Assembly: GCA_951406725.2 (NCBI GenBank) | Contig: OX597823.1 | Span: 21,638,001-21,702,000, forward strand | Direction: 5' to 3' | Origin: Octopus vulgaris | Taxonomy: Eukaryota | DNA length: 64,000 nt | Shown: in pieces, positions 38,412-50,798 of the stretch | Layout of the letters: every line of letters starts with the position of its first letter | How positions within the stretch are numbered: the first letter of the stretch is position 1 | Made by a program: the position numbers and the translations under genes | Notes under the pieces: model-generated | What the model was told of the DNA's origin: nothing | The model's input: only the letters and a program-made list of their open reading frames with translations | The model's database searches: none

Positions 38412-38612
38412 TGTGTCTGTGCTTGTCCCCCCAACATCGCTTGACAACCGGTGCTGGTGTGTTTACGTCCCAGTAGCTTAGCGGTTCGGCAAAAGTGCCC
38501 GATAGAATAAGTACTAGGCTTACAAAGAATAAGCCCTGGGGTCGATTTGCTCGTCTAAAGGCAGTGCTCCAGCATGGCCGCAGTCAAATGACTGAAACAA
38601 GTAAAAGAGTAA
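37183..38612 (+). mobile_element. SINE family A split by a ~1-kb insertion in its internal microsatellite
   Basis: 5' half 37183-37353; 3' half 38335-38612. Confidence 0.85.
37354..38332 (+). mobile_element. Nested PLE-tail-like modules with two minimal hammerhead variants (about 38006-38042 and 38201-38238)
   Basis: CCGACGA-A-GAGC-TCC-GCTC-GAAA-CG-TC and TCTTT-CTGTCGA-A-GAGC-GAAG-GCTC-GAAA-CG-TA-AAAGA. Confidence 0.7.
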
Positions 38613-38819
38613 GTACGGAACAACCCTGATCCTATATCAATGGGCCAAAGTCAACTTGCGACTAAACAATAACAGGAATGGTCCTCTTTGCTTTTATGTT
38701 TCCCATTCACATGCGTCAAATATCAACCTTCAACCAACACATTCTCTGTCGCTCTCACTAAATGTGCAGAACTACTGCGAACACTTGAGAGAGGTTAAAA
38801 CCTAATTATGAAATTAAAA

Positions 38820-39055
38820 AATAGTGACAGCATAGTCTAATGATTATATGAAGAAAGAGTCATAATGAATATGTGAAAATACAGGCACAGTGAATACGTG
38901 AAAGCATAACGTTGATGAATTAGTGAAAACATAGTGTTAATGAATACGTCTGGACAGTAGTGTTAATGAATGCGTAAAAGCAGCTTCAATGAAGAAGTGA
39001 CAACATAGTCACAAGGAATACGAGAAGACAGATTCGATAAACGAGTGAAAACAAA
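38820..39055. repeat. Degenerate ~25-bp tandem repeat, consensus AATGAATACGTGAAAACATAGTGTT, ~9 copies
   Basis: Periodic (A)TGAAT..GTGAAA..ATAGT motif. Confidence 0.7.
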
Positions 39056-40444
39056 ATCTCGTTCAACTGTTCAAAAATGAAAAATGCTACAAATCACAAT
39101 CATATCTCCTTCAAAATCGCACCCTACCGGAAAGGGTGGTTCTTGTTGCTCTGTCTAAAAAAAAAGACATGTGAAGGTCACGACTTGAACGCATGTTTTT
39201 ATAGGTCTATTTGATTAAGGTCTACCCTGGGCTAAATAAAAGCAGCAAAGATGAACCAATACATACTACTGTCTTTATAATGGAAGAATACTTTGAATAA
39301 TGTAGTCTAGGTACACTACATCAACAAGGAGAATATGAAAGTATTTCTAGTAGGTCGAGTGATCATATGATAATTTGACCTGCTAGAAATGCTACCATAT
39401 TCCGCTCCAATTTCATTCCATTTTGGTAAAAGGACACATTGGATAATGTAGTTTTATATGAGCTGTGGTTGAAAAAAGATGAGATGATCGTGAGTAGAAT
39501 GACTCAAACATGATCGACTGCCAAAAGAGGAATTGGGTCAGTCAACCTACTCTAGAACAGGCCGCCGTTTCTTACGAAGAGGCATGGAAACATGCCAAGG
39601 AATATTGGGAATTTCAGTTCCCTGCATAATTCAGAGGTACGCTAAATTACTTGTCATGATATAGCGTCACTCTAGCTTAACCTTTGTCTGTCTTGTGTTG
39701 TATTACATGTGATACACAGGGCATATTTCCCTGGTACCCATGCATCATATATGATACACATTCCTAGGTTTGGTGGGGTTGTTTTGTTTTTGTTTTGCTG
39801 TTTGTTTTGTTTTGTTATTTGACTACCGGAATAACTTGGGACTTGTGAGACGAAATATTTATATTACCCAGAACGTGTGAAACAAGGACTAACTAAAAAT
39901 CTGAAAACAAGCATGGACTCGTGAAACTATTTTGGACAAGTAAAGAGTTAAAAAGTCAAGGCCAAGGGGAAAGTGAGAATAGGGGCAGCTTAAAATGAGT
40001 TTTAGTACATGAATTGATATGATCTTTGCCTCTAATATCACTTCATTGCAGACGCTTTATCGGCTTGTTACAAGAACTTTACTTCACTTCTATTGATTCC
40101 ATAAAAGACTCCATTCCAACAAGATAATCTCTCTTTCATTTTGAATCCACCGAATATATATATCTTATTGGAAGACATAATACTCTAAAGTGTGTAATAT
40201 TAAAGTATTGGTTCGACAATATCATTGCTAATTTCGCTTTATTACTGAGCTTTTATATTAAGATTTTACTTCACAACATTATGATTTTAAGCTGATACCA
40301 TTTTCACTGAAAGTTTAGATCATCATGCTCAGTACCACGGTTCCAAGTATAAGACTTACCATCTAGAAGGGTTTATATGTGTATTTAAAATATTCCGATC
40401 ACTATTTTTGCCAGTTTGAGACTGATAACGCGATGTTGCTGAGC

Positions 40445-40768
40445 CGAGACCCCCTTCGGTCATGACTGACCATGGGATTGCACCTAGAAAGTTACCCTCC
40501 CAGGCACAAGTTTAGGCAAGGTTGTTTACGGAAGACCAGCAGTCGCCCATGCATACCGGCCTCCCCTCTTCACGCCACCGATGTTATCCAAGGGAAAGGC
40601 AAAAGCCAATACAGCTTGGCACCTATGACGTCGCAACATGAAATAAAGTGGAGCAACGTGAAATAAAGTGTCTTGCTCAAGAACACAACACGCAGCCCGG
40701 TCCGGAATTCAAACTCACAGCCTCACGATCGTAAGCTCGACACTCTAACCACTGAGCCATGTGCCTTC
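40445..40768 (-). mobile_element. SINE family D
   Basis: Reverse complement of 31582-31910; probable TSD ATAACRCGATGT. Confidence 0.88.
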
Positions 40769-41068
40769 ACATATAACACGATGTAATCTATGGACAATAT
40801 GTCTAAAGTTTAAGTAAGTTTTGTCATACTTAAGTCTTAGATAATAACGATTCTAGTATCTTCTAAAGTCATTTTGTGCTTACTAAGTAAGAGTTTATAC
40901 TTATCATACCCAGCTATAGATAATGTTGCAGGACTGTTGCTTTATATAACCTACAATTTATTCTTTTCCCATAAAAAGAAATAGTTCAAATGGATTGAAC
41001 ATTCTTTATTTCATATAATCACTGACTGTTTTTTCACATACTGTTACACCTGTGGTACATTGGTGAGA

Positions 41069-41459
41069 GGAGGCGCAATGGCCCAGTGGTTAGGGCAGCG
41101 GACTCGCGGTCATAGGATCGCGGTTTCGATTCCCAGACCGGGCGTTGTGAGTGTTTATTGAGCGAAAACACCTAAAAACTCCACGAGGCTCCGGCAGGGG
41201 ATGGTGGTGATCCCTGCTGTACTCTTTCACCACAACTTTCTCTCACTCTTACTTCCTGTTTCTGTTGTACCTGTATTTCAAAGGGCCGGCCTTGTCACTC
41301 TCTGTGTCACGCTGAATATCCCCGAGAACTACGTTAAGGGTGCACGTGTCTGTGGAGTGCTCAGCCACTTACACGTTAATTTCACGAGCAGGCTGTTCCG
41401 TTGATTCGGATCAACCGGAACCCTCATCGTCGTAACCGACGGAGTGCAAGAAGAAGAAG
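41069..41459 (+). mobile_element. tRNA-derived SINE family C, full length, (GAA)n tail
   Basis: GGCGCAATGGCCCAGTGGTTAGGG / GGTTTCGATTCCC; TSD ACATTGGTGAGA. Confidence 0.92.
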
Positions 41460-42844
41460 ACATTGGTGAGATGATTGTGTAATTACTACCAGCCAATGAA
41501 GGTATAAAATGTATTTCTTCGGGTGCTTATTTTGAAAAAGCCCTTCGTTCGATCAAACTATCGTTTCACTCTGTATGAAAATGAATAGACAGAGCAGTGC
41601 GCTACTTTCAGCAATTTGCAATCAATACTGAACCCATAGATAAAAATGACAGACAAAACAAAAGCATAATCAAAATACAAAATACAAAAACAATGGAACG
41701 AAAACCACAAATCCCCCGTGTCTAGTAAACTATGAAATACACTTCTTCTATCAGACAGACTATTAGGGAGAAAAAGATAAACAAAACAATGATATTAGGC
41801 GATTAGAGACAATAAAGTGATACTTCTTGTGTTTGTTAACTATCTGCATGAATAGGATTTAAAGTAACCTAGCTCAAACATCCTACGTCAGAATTTCTCA
41901 CTACACAAAGGTAATTTACGACTGTCTCGCCTTTTTTTAAGCCATTAAGAAAAATTACTTAGTAGGTTAACTCCCCTGCATATAATATACACATTCTTTC
42001 ATATAGCCACATACAAGGTAGAGCATATAACTTTATACACACACACAGACACACAAACACACACACACACACACACACATGCACACACACACACACACAC
42101 ACATACATATATATATATACATATATATATATATATTGTTTTCTGACTTTATAATCATCTCATAATAATGATTTTTATGACTCTTATTACTACCTCAGTC
42201 CATCTAAATGTATATATTTGTTGCTACCTGTCATAAAAAGCCTTTTTTTATTTACAATGTGCATTTTCGTTGATTTTTTATATTTTACCCTTACATTTCC
42301 ACGTGTATTTTATATTTTCTTTTTGTAACATATTTCTACTATATATATATGTGTATATATATACATATAGTTTTTGCGTACACACACGTACTTTCTAGAG
42401 TATATACTATTTGTCCTTCCAATTATGCATACATCCCTATACTCAAGTATGTACGCGAGTGTTTGTAAACCTGTTGATACGCGGGTATACTGTCCTTGAT
42501 TCTATCTTGATGTCTTTATTATTAAAGTACCTCCTGAGTTCAAATTCCGCCGCGATCGACTTTACCTTTCATCCTTCTGAGGTCGATAAAATCAGTACCA
42601 GGTGAACAGTGGGGTCTTACACACTTCCCGAAATTACTGGAATTGTGTCAAAATACTCGAAATCATTGTTAAAATCATTAAAAATTCAATAAAAGAAAAT
42701 AGAGAAAATATAAAAGATGCTTGGTTCATTTTATTTGTATCACAATTCAAAAACTAATGCAAATTAAGATATCCCCCTACGGGGATATTGCTTCCTCAAA
42801 TTCTGTATACATATATATATATATACACACATACAAGTAAAGTT

Positions 42845-43060
42845 CATTCTTTTCTACTCAAGGCACAAAATCCGAAATTTTGGGGGAGGGGGTAGTCGAT
42901 TAGATTGATCCCAGTGAGCAACTGGTAATTAATTTATCGACCCCGAAAGGATGAAAGGCAAAGTCGACCTCGGTGGAATTTGAACTCAGAACGTAAAGAC
43001 AGCCGAAATACCACTAAGCATTTCGTCCGGCACGCTAACATTTCTGCCAGCTCGTCGCCT
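42845..43060 (-). mobile_element. SINE family B
   Basis: 13-bp TSD TACAAGTAAAGTT (42832 and 43061). Confidence 0.9.
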
Positions 43061-43799
43061 TACAAGTAAAGTTAATTACCACATGAATGTCGTTGTTCCA
43101 TGTTACTACTAGTTTAACCGCATGTAGATCTTCCGTCAGCTGGTAATCGGTGCAGCACTGAACCTGACGGAAGATATCTGCCTAGGGTTAAACTATTGGG
43201 TTGTCCGGAAAGTTCGTGCCGATTTATAGTAGCTTACCTTTCGACTTATTTTAGAACATGGTTGAGTCCATAAAATAGGATTTGACTACACCTCCATTTA
43301 GAGCACAGTTTAAGCTATTTTTTCGTGGAAGAAGGTTTATGTTCCTATAACCTGTGTTAATTCTGTAACCCTTTAAAATGGAAGATAAGAAAGTTCATTT
43401 TCGGCACTTGATGCTTTAGGAACCAGACAAAAATTGCTGCAGCTCGGCTGGGATCTGTTACCCTACCCTCCATATTCACCAGATATTGCTCCTTCGGTTT
43501 TCCACTTATTCAGTTCTCTGAATGGTAAAAATTTCAATTCCTTGGATGACGTAAAAAGATACCTTGATGAATTCTTTGCCATGAAACCGCCTCAATTCTG
43601 GGAAGAGGGTATTTTCAAGTTAAAGGAAAGATGGAGACGCATTGTGCAACAAAATGGTTCATATTTGATTGATTAAAAATGTAATGGCAAGTATTTATTG
43701 ACTGTTTTCTTTCCTTTAAAAATCGGCAAGAACTTTCCGGACAACCCAATAGTTGCAACTTGGAACAGCCACATTGATGTAGCGATTAACTTTACTTGT
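43061..43799. mobile_element. Hairpin MITE-like element interrupted by a mariner
   Basis: Left arm ACAAGTAAAGTTAAT...TCTTCCGTCAG; right arm CTGACGGAAGA...AACTA[mariner]GTTGCAAC...ATTAACTTTACTTGT; related half copy at about 45285-45378. Confidence 0.65.
43196..43749 (+). mobile_element. Internally deleted mariner with both TIRs and TA TSD
   Basis: TA-TTGGGTTGTCCGGAAAGTTCGTGCCGATTT...AAATCGGCAAGAACTTTCCGGACAACCCAA-TA; remnant YPPYSPDIAPS...EGIFKLKERW. Confidence 0.95.
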
Positions 43800-44644
43800 T
43801 AGTATAGGTACTAATGTCATCTCTTATTAAAATTTTACTACTAGCTATTTTCCTTGTTGCAAATCAATGACCGATGGTCACTTTGTTTACAATATATTGC
43901 TGGCTAGAGCGGACTTTGGCCATCTCTCTGGCGGGCTGGTAGAGGCAAAAAACGACGACGTCCTAGGAGGGACTCTGGGATTCGATGAGAACCAATTTCA
44001 GGTCGGGGTATTTAGACAACTTCCAAAGATCCCAGATCTAGCAGTGCTACAGGAACACTTTACCTGTTCGCAATAAGTTATCCAGGCACGGAATGTCAGT
44101 GCCACCGACGTGTCCAAGATGTGAGCTGGACAATGAAACTGTCCAGCACGCTTTTGTACAATGTCGACAGCTATCTAACTTGATAAGTTACGTTGAACAC
44201 GTGTTGTCGAATCTGGGATGAGTACAGCTGTCGGCTGGATCTATAATAAAGATGATACCACCAACTTGACTCTCAAAGGAAGGTAAGGCTTACTTTTACT
44301 GTACGGTTGCAGTATTGAAAGAGTGTGTTTGGAGGACTAGAATGGAAGATTCTGTGACAGGGTCCTTCATCTCTGGCCCCGGTTTACTGTCTTACTTCAG
44401 ATACCATCTGAAGAGCAAGAGGGGGTTGGAGAGGAGGACCTTGCCACCGAGTGAATACAAGAAACGGTGGAAGGATGTGATGAGAAAGGCGGGTGTTAGT
44501 AACCCAGCTTAATCATTGATGAAAGGAAAAGATCGTTGCTGGGCCTTATAGGCTGCCTGGTTCGATCTTTTGGAACTTTTATTCGTTTTCTTTCTTTGTT
44601 TTCGTTAAAAAAACGTTCTAGTTTAAGGTAAAAATTAATTGTTA

Positions 44645-45041
44645 TCTTTATATATAAAAGTGAAGTTGTGTGTCTGTCTCCTACGATTTAGATTCCTAAC
44701 TACTCCCACATTTTGCGGTGCAGTGTAACCAAAACCTGGTATCTTATAGTCGTGATTCATATCGAACCCTTCTGGGTATTAGCGCGCGTCTACGATGAGT
44801 CTACGATTTTAAAAATAATTTACCATAGTTTTTTTCCATTTTAATGCATTTTTTCGCTATTATATAAGGGAAGTAACTCTCTAAAAATGTCTACGATGTG
44901 TCAACGATTTAAAAAAATATTTGCCATCATTTTTTTTCCATTTTTAATGCATTGTTTTGCTATTTTTTGGCTATAACTCTCTAAAAATGCTTTATAGTTA
45001 TTTCCCTTACAAACCCGAGCAACGCCGGGCGATACTGCTAG
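44645..45041 (+). mobile_element. Non-autonomous Helitron
   Basis: A|TCTTTATATATAAAA...CCCGAGCAACGCCGGG hairpin...CTAG|T: canonical 5'-TC, 3'-CTRR and AT target. Confidence 0.9.
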
Positions 45042-45171
45042 TATAAAATATGTTTTAAGTAAATTTTTAACATAATGCTCATTCGAACTCATTTAATATT
45101 TTTGTATTTGTTTGTCTATGTACGATCAGTTTGATCATAATAAAGATTTTATCTCCCTGGCGACCAGGTGT

Positions 45172-45220
45172 TCGCCACTGAGGATGAGCAAACTAGCTCG
45201 AAACTGAATCGGTCTCGCGA
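45172..45220 (+). ncRNA. Type I hammerhead ribozyme
   Basis: TCGCCA-CTGAGGA-T-GAGC-AAACTA-GCTC-GAAA-CTGAATCGG-TC-TCGCGA; intact core, GUC site, one mismatch in stem I. Confidence 0.75.
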
Positions 45221-45419
45221 TCCTGTCATCTGCTGGAGGATGACAGGAGTTCGCTCCCCTGCCGGCAATATAAATGTTCAGGGTACAGTGCTGCACCGAT
45301 AACCATCTGGCGGAAGATCTGCCCGAGATCAAACTATTGAACTAATAGTAACATTGATGTGGCGAATAACTTTACTACTCTCAACGTTTACTGATATTTT
45401 ACGACTAGCTGTTTGCTTG

Positions 45420-45457
<38 letters not shown>

Positions 45458-45684
45458 ATACATATATACATACATTTATATAAATAAATATATATACATA
45501 CATATATATGTATACATACATACATACATACATACATACATACATAATATATATTTATATATAAAGAGGAGAGAGAGAGAGAGAGGCAATTATACAACTA
45601 AATAAATTAGTAACATAGATTATCGTAAATATATTAAATATATTAAATACATTAAATATAATAGTTTTGGTATGAAATACGAAG

Positions 45685-45728
<44 letters not shown>

Positions 45729-45916
45729 ATAAGATCGATATTTTATCTGGTGGCCAGCATGGGAATAAAAACCTTCAAAAGCAATCATTATTTAAAATAA
45801 TAATTTAGGGTATCTAACAGATACCACGACGCTGGAAATAGCAGTCAAAACTTGACTCTAAAACCACATTAAGTGTTCATACAGCACCAGGAGCGTGCTA
45901 TAATTTTAAATTATTT

Positions 45917-45966
<50 letters not shown>

Positions 45967-46471
45967 AGAGTTCACGAAAAAAACAAAAGACGAATGACAG
46001 GTGGTGTAGAAAACAAACAGATGTATTAGTATAACGCTATCTAATAGATATATGCATAGACACATATATCTATTTTTATATGCACTAATGTATACTTCAT
46101 AAATCTTAGTATTTTTACTACATATATTAATATTAATATATGTTGAGTTCTAATTCTAAGAGCAACAGAAATCCACTACAGCGTTGAATGACTAGAAGTT
46201 GTTTACATAGGTTGGAATAGGTCTTTTTTTATATAACTCTACTTATACATTCACACACATCCACAGTTAGCTAATTATGTATGTAATCTAATTAGTAGAT
46301 ATATAAACATATCTTCCCGTCTGTCATCCGATATTAATTCACATATTGTAACTTGGCAACGAGTAGTTCTACAACCTTGCACAAAGTGATGCAGACAACT
46401 GCATATGCACTGTGCATATGCACAATTAGAATATTTCAGAGCTGAGATGCTCAGTAATATGTATGTATATT

Positions 46472-46806
46472 AAAGCGGTGAGCCGGCAGAATCGTTAGCA
46501 CGCCGGGCGAAATGCTTGGCGGTATTTCGTCTGTCTCTACGTTCTGGGTTCAAATTCCGCCGAGGTCGACTTTGCCTTTCATCCTTTTGGGGTCGATAAA
46601 TTAAGTACCAGTTACGCACTGGGGTAAATATAATCGACTTAATCCGTTTGTCTGTCCTTGTTTGTCCTCTCTGTGTTTAGCCCCTTGTGGGTAGTAAAGA
46701 AATAGGTATTTCGCCTGTCTTTACTTTGATTTTCATCCTTTCGGGGTCGATAAATTAAGTACCAGTTGCGTACTGACTGCCCCCAACCCCAAAATTTCAG
46801 GCCATG
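46472..46806 (+). mobile_element. SINE family B (partial dimer)
   Basis: Matches the family consensus. Confidence 0.88.
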
Positions 46807-47266
46807 TCCAGGAATTCCCAACCCGCCTCAGACTTTTCCAGGAAGTCCTTCCTCTCCCTCCTCGCAGTTCTCCAGGAAGTCTTTGCTCCCCTCCTACCCT
46901 TCCTCGGACTTTACCAAACAGTCCTAGCTCCACCTCCTCCCTTTCCTCGGATATTTCCAGAAAGTCCCACCCTTCCTCGGACTTTTCCAGGATTCCTTGC
47001 TCCCCTCTTTCCTTTGTTCCCCCTCCTCTCCTTCCTCCACCTCCTTGGACATTTCCATGAAGTCCTTCCCTCCTCCCCTTCCTCGGATTTTCCAGAAACT
47101 CCTTCCTTCCCTTCTACGCCCTCCTCGCACTTTTCCAGGAAGTCCTTGCTTCTCCTCCTCCTCCTCCTCGGACATTTCCAAGAAGTCCTCCTCTGACTTT
47201 TCCAGGAAGTCCCACCGCTTCCTCGGACTTTTCCAGGAAGTACTTGATCCCCTCCTCGGAATTTCA
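46807..47266. repeat. Interspaced array of ~12 copies of a quasi-palindromic 23-mer CCTCGGACTTTTCCAGGAAGTCC
   Basis: Units at about 46826, 46860, 46902, 46945, 46975, 47043, 47081, 47123, 47166, 47190 and 47221, with partial units at both ends; C/T-rich spacers of variable length. Confidence 0.9.
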
Positions 47267-47489
47267 ACTTATAGTATATGTGACAAATATGCCTGAATGA
47301 GGGCGGTAAGAAAATAGCAATGAAAAAACATCCATCTCACAAGAAACAATTTAAAATGGAAAATAATAATGGGGAAAAACTTAAGTGAATATATTTAAAA
47401 ATAACATTAAAAAACCTGTTTACACATGTGCACAAACACAAATATACACATTAACATATGCACACATACACACACACACACTCATATAT

Positions 47490-47636
47490 ATCCCTATTTT
47501 CCTCTTAATCTTTTCTGCTGAAGAACGTAAGCTCGAAACGTCAAAGACTTTTCAATTCGTCCCGACCGTTAAACTAATATACCTTCTTGTTGTTCCTTCA
47601 ACTGTCTTCGTCTTTTGTTGTCTGGAAATTTGAACT
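47490..47636 (+). mobile_element. PLE tail family E-related module with degenerate minimal hammerhead
   Basis: TCTTTT-CTGCTGA-A-GAAC-GTAA-GCTC-GAAA-CG-TC-AAAGA...TCTTCGTCTTTTGTT. Confidence 0.6.
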
Positions 47637-47916
47637 AGATGTGTATTTATGTATGTGCGTGTGTGTATTTACGTGTGTGTATGTGTGTGTACATATATTT
47701 TATACATTCATACACATACATCTACATACATACACAGATAAACATACAACATATATGTGTATGTCCAAATCTGTTTATATATATGTATGTGCGCTCTATG
47801 CGTGGGTATTTTATTTACACTGTATGCGTGGAGATTTTGTGGGAATATGTGCATGCATGTGTATGTATATTTGCATGTGTGTATATGCTGCATGTATGTA
47901 TATATGTATGAATAGG

Positions 47917-48234
<318 letters not shown>

Positions 48235-48300
48235 TAAGATGTCTGCGGAACTTTAATTCGCACCGAGCCGAAATAATTTTTTTAATAATAATAATAATAA

Positions 48301-48783
48301 GTCACAGAAAACGAGAAAGCAACCATACTCTGGGATATGCCAATACACACAGATAGAGAAATTAAGGCCAACAGACCAGATATAGTTGTCTGAGATCATG
48401 AAGAAAAAAATGCTTTCTAATTGATGTATCAATACCGGCAGATGACAACGTGTCTCTAAAAGAAATGGAGAAACTTTCAAAATACAAAGACCTGGAAATA
48501 GAGGTAACCAGAATGTGGAATCTAAAAACAGAAACAATTCCTATCATAGTAGGTGCATTAAGCATGATAAAAAAATATTCAGACAAATACATAACAAAAA
48601 CACCAGGACTTACAAACACATGCAACACACAGAAAATTGCACTACTAGACACTGCACACATCCTACGCAGAACACTTTCCATACAGTAACCATCAGATCA
48701 TCACAAAAAATCACAGCACATACCTAAGGCACACAGAGCTGCGCTCGTTAGTGAAGTGAAAGCACGCTATAAAAATAAAACTG

Positions 48784-48787
<4 letters not shown>
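48301..48787 (+). mobile_element. R4/Dong-clade LINE 3' end (RLE domain) inserted in (TAA)n
   Basis: ILWDMPIHTDREIKANRPDIVV*DHEEKKCFLIDVSIP...KLSKYKDLEIEVTRMW...IVGAL, a PD-(D/E)xK motif; (TAA)n on both flanks. Confidence 0.88.
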
Positions 48788-48882
<95 letters not shown>

Positions 48883-49220
48883 AAGAAGAAGAAGAAGAAG
48901 AAGAAGAAGAAGAAGAAGAAGAAGAAGAAGAAGAATCTACTGACAAGTACTACCCACATCCTTAGACAAACTCTATGCATTTAAATGTCTGTTGTATTAC
49001 ATGAAGATATTTCGCTACTTTTCCTCCCATAGCTTTCAGTCGTAATGTAACATCTCTTATCGTTCACTCGCCCAAGAACGCTGGGTGTGTCTCGGCAAGT
49101 GACTGTAACAAACTTGCAGATTAAAAGTAAAGAAGAAGAAGAAGAAGAAGAAGAAGAAGAAGAAGAAGAAGAAGAAGAAGAAGAAGAAGAAGAAGAAGAA
49201 GAAGAAGAAGAAGAAGAAGA
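48788..49220. repeat. (TAA)n-(GAA)n tract and a second (GAA)n tract
   Basis: 48788-48934 and about 49129-49220. Confidence 0.95.
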
Positions 49221-49844
49221 AGAAGAAGAAGAAGAAGAAGACCGGTTTTCTTGAACTAAATTCAAATATTGATTTCCAGCATAAGCACAAGATCTCAAAT
49301 TTTAGAGAGCATATGGTCGACCCTGGGACCTGTATGGTGCTCTGTTATCGATCCTGGAAGTATGAAAAGCAGTCAGCCTCCACATGATTTAAATTCAGAA
49401 CGTAAAGTGACCTACCTAAACAATGTCGGCCATTTTAATCCAGCACTCTAACCTAAATTACATTCCGAAGGCAGTCCTTTTTCATCTTGTTTTTGTTTGT
49501 TTGTTTGCGTTTTGTTTGCGTTTTGTTTTGTTTTGTTTGTTTTTTAATTAATGATAGTGAAAATATCAACTTGAAAGGCGTTTAGTAAACAGTGTTCCTT
49601 CCAATACCGGTGACGGCGACTAATATATACAATCAACAAAATTCTTCTGTTAGCCATTAACTCTAATAGAAATGCAAAACGAAATAAAAAAAAAAAAAAA
49701 CGAAAAACTTTCAGACAATCGATTAAAAAATAACTTTGGCAGATCGATAAAAAATAATCAATATTTTTTAATGCCCCAGAGTGTATTTCATTTCCTTCAA
49801 TGTCATAAAAAGGTCGAAACTTCGAAATTACATGCATGTTGATT

Positions 49845-49876
<32 letters not shown>

Positions 49877-50798
49877 GCTGCTGTAAAATTCACTAAAATA
49901 CGACTCTGGATTTAAAGTAACACTATTTAGTAATCTTAAAGCGGCACCTGAGTATTTTTTAATTAAGTCAAGTAAGTTTTTAATGTTTTTATAATTAAGT
50001 CGGATAATGAACACAGAAACATAATCTAAGTAAGAAAGGAATATATTTGTAATTTTACTTTTCTTCCAATAATTTCAGTATTTGGAGCGCGGCCATGTTC
50101 CACTTCCAATATTGGTTTTAGTTGTTTGTATTGATTTGGACACTTTAGTACAAATTTTAACCATATAGTAAGAGATGGAGGAGTAACATAGACGGGATTA
50201 AATGCCACAAGGAACCGTCTCCAGAACGGAACAATGATACACATTATAACTGAGGGCAAAAGGCCGCATTGTTTCGCATGCGGAGAAATGACTCATTTGC
50301 AATCTCACTGTCCCCAACTGGTACAAAGTTCAAGGGGTCAAAGGTCTTCACTGCTGCCTATGCAGGGACGAGGACAACAAACAACACCAGAACCGACAAA
50401 GCTATCAGCAACAACGCCAAAGACATTTACCACCCTAGGGGGGAAACAAGGAAAGCTCTACCACCCCACTCACACCAGACAAAAATACACACATAAACAA
50501 AACTATAAACACACACACAGGCACAGACATTCTTACAGCAACAGACTCCCCTCATCTTCTAGTAGTGAAGACGAAGAAAGACTAAAAGGTCCAAAAAAAT
50601 AAACAAAAAAGGAAGCACAAAAGAAAAACTCCACAAAGCATAACAACGCCCACAATAAAAAATACAGACATCACCCACGCAAACATCTTCCCCAAAACAC
50701 CAACATAAACACAACCAGCATCATCACAATCACCAGAATCCTCCAAACGCAAACAACCTAAACAGACACAAGAACAAACACGCACAGAACATCTGGAA

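Larger units (their letters stand above)
43900..45265 (+). mobile_element. Tx1/L1-like LINE 3' fragment with 3' UTR (Helitron nested inside)
   Basis: VAVLKECVWRTR...FISGPGLLSYFRYHLK...YKKRW C-terminal peptide, T-rich UTR, AATAAA at 45139; possible TSD CAATATA (43890 and 45266). Confidence 0.6.

Noticed and set aside
39550-39640. Possible host exon (AG...GAG|GTACG)
   Set aside because: The best-looking frame stops before the donor, there is no polypyrimidine tract, and no recognisable protein.
46807-47266. CRISPR array
   Set aside because: Eukaryotic context, no cas genes, degenerate repeats, and low-complexity spacers of very uneven length.
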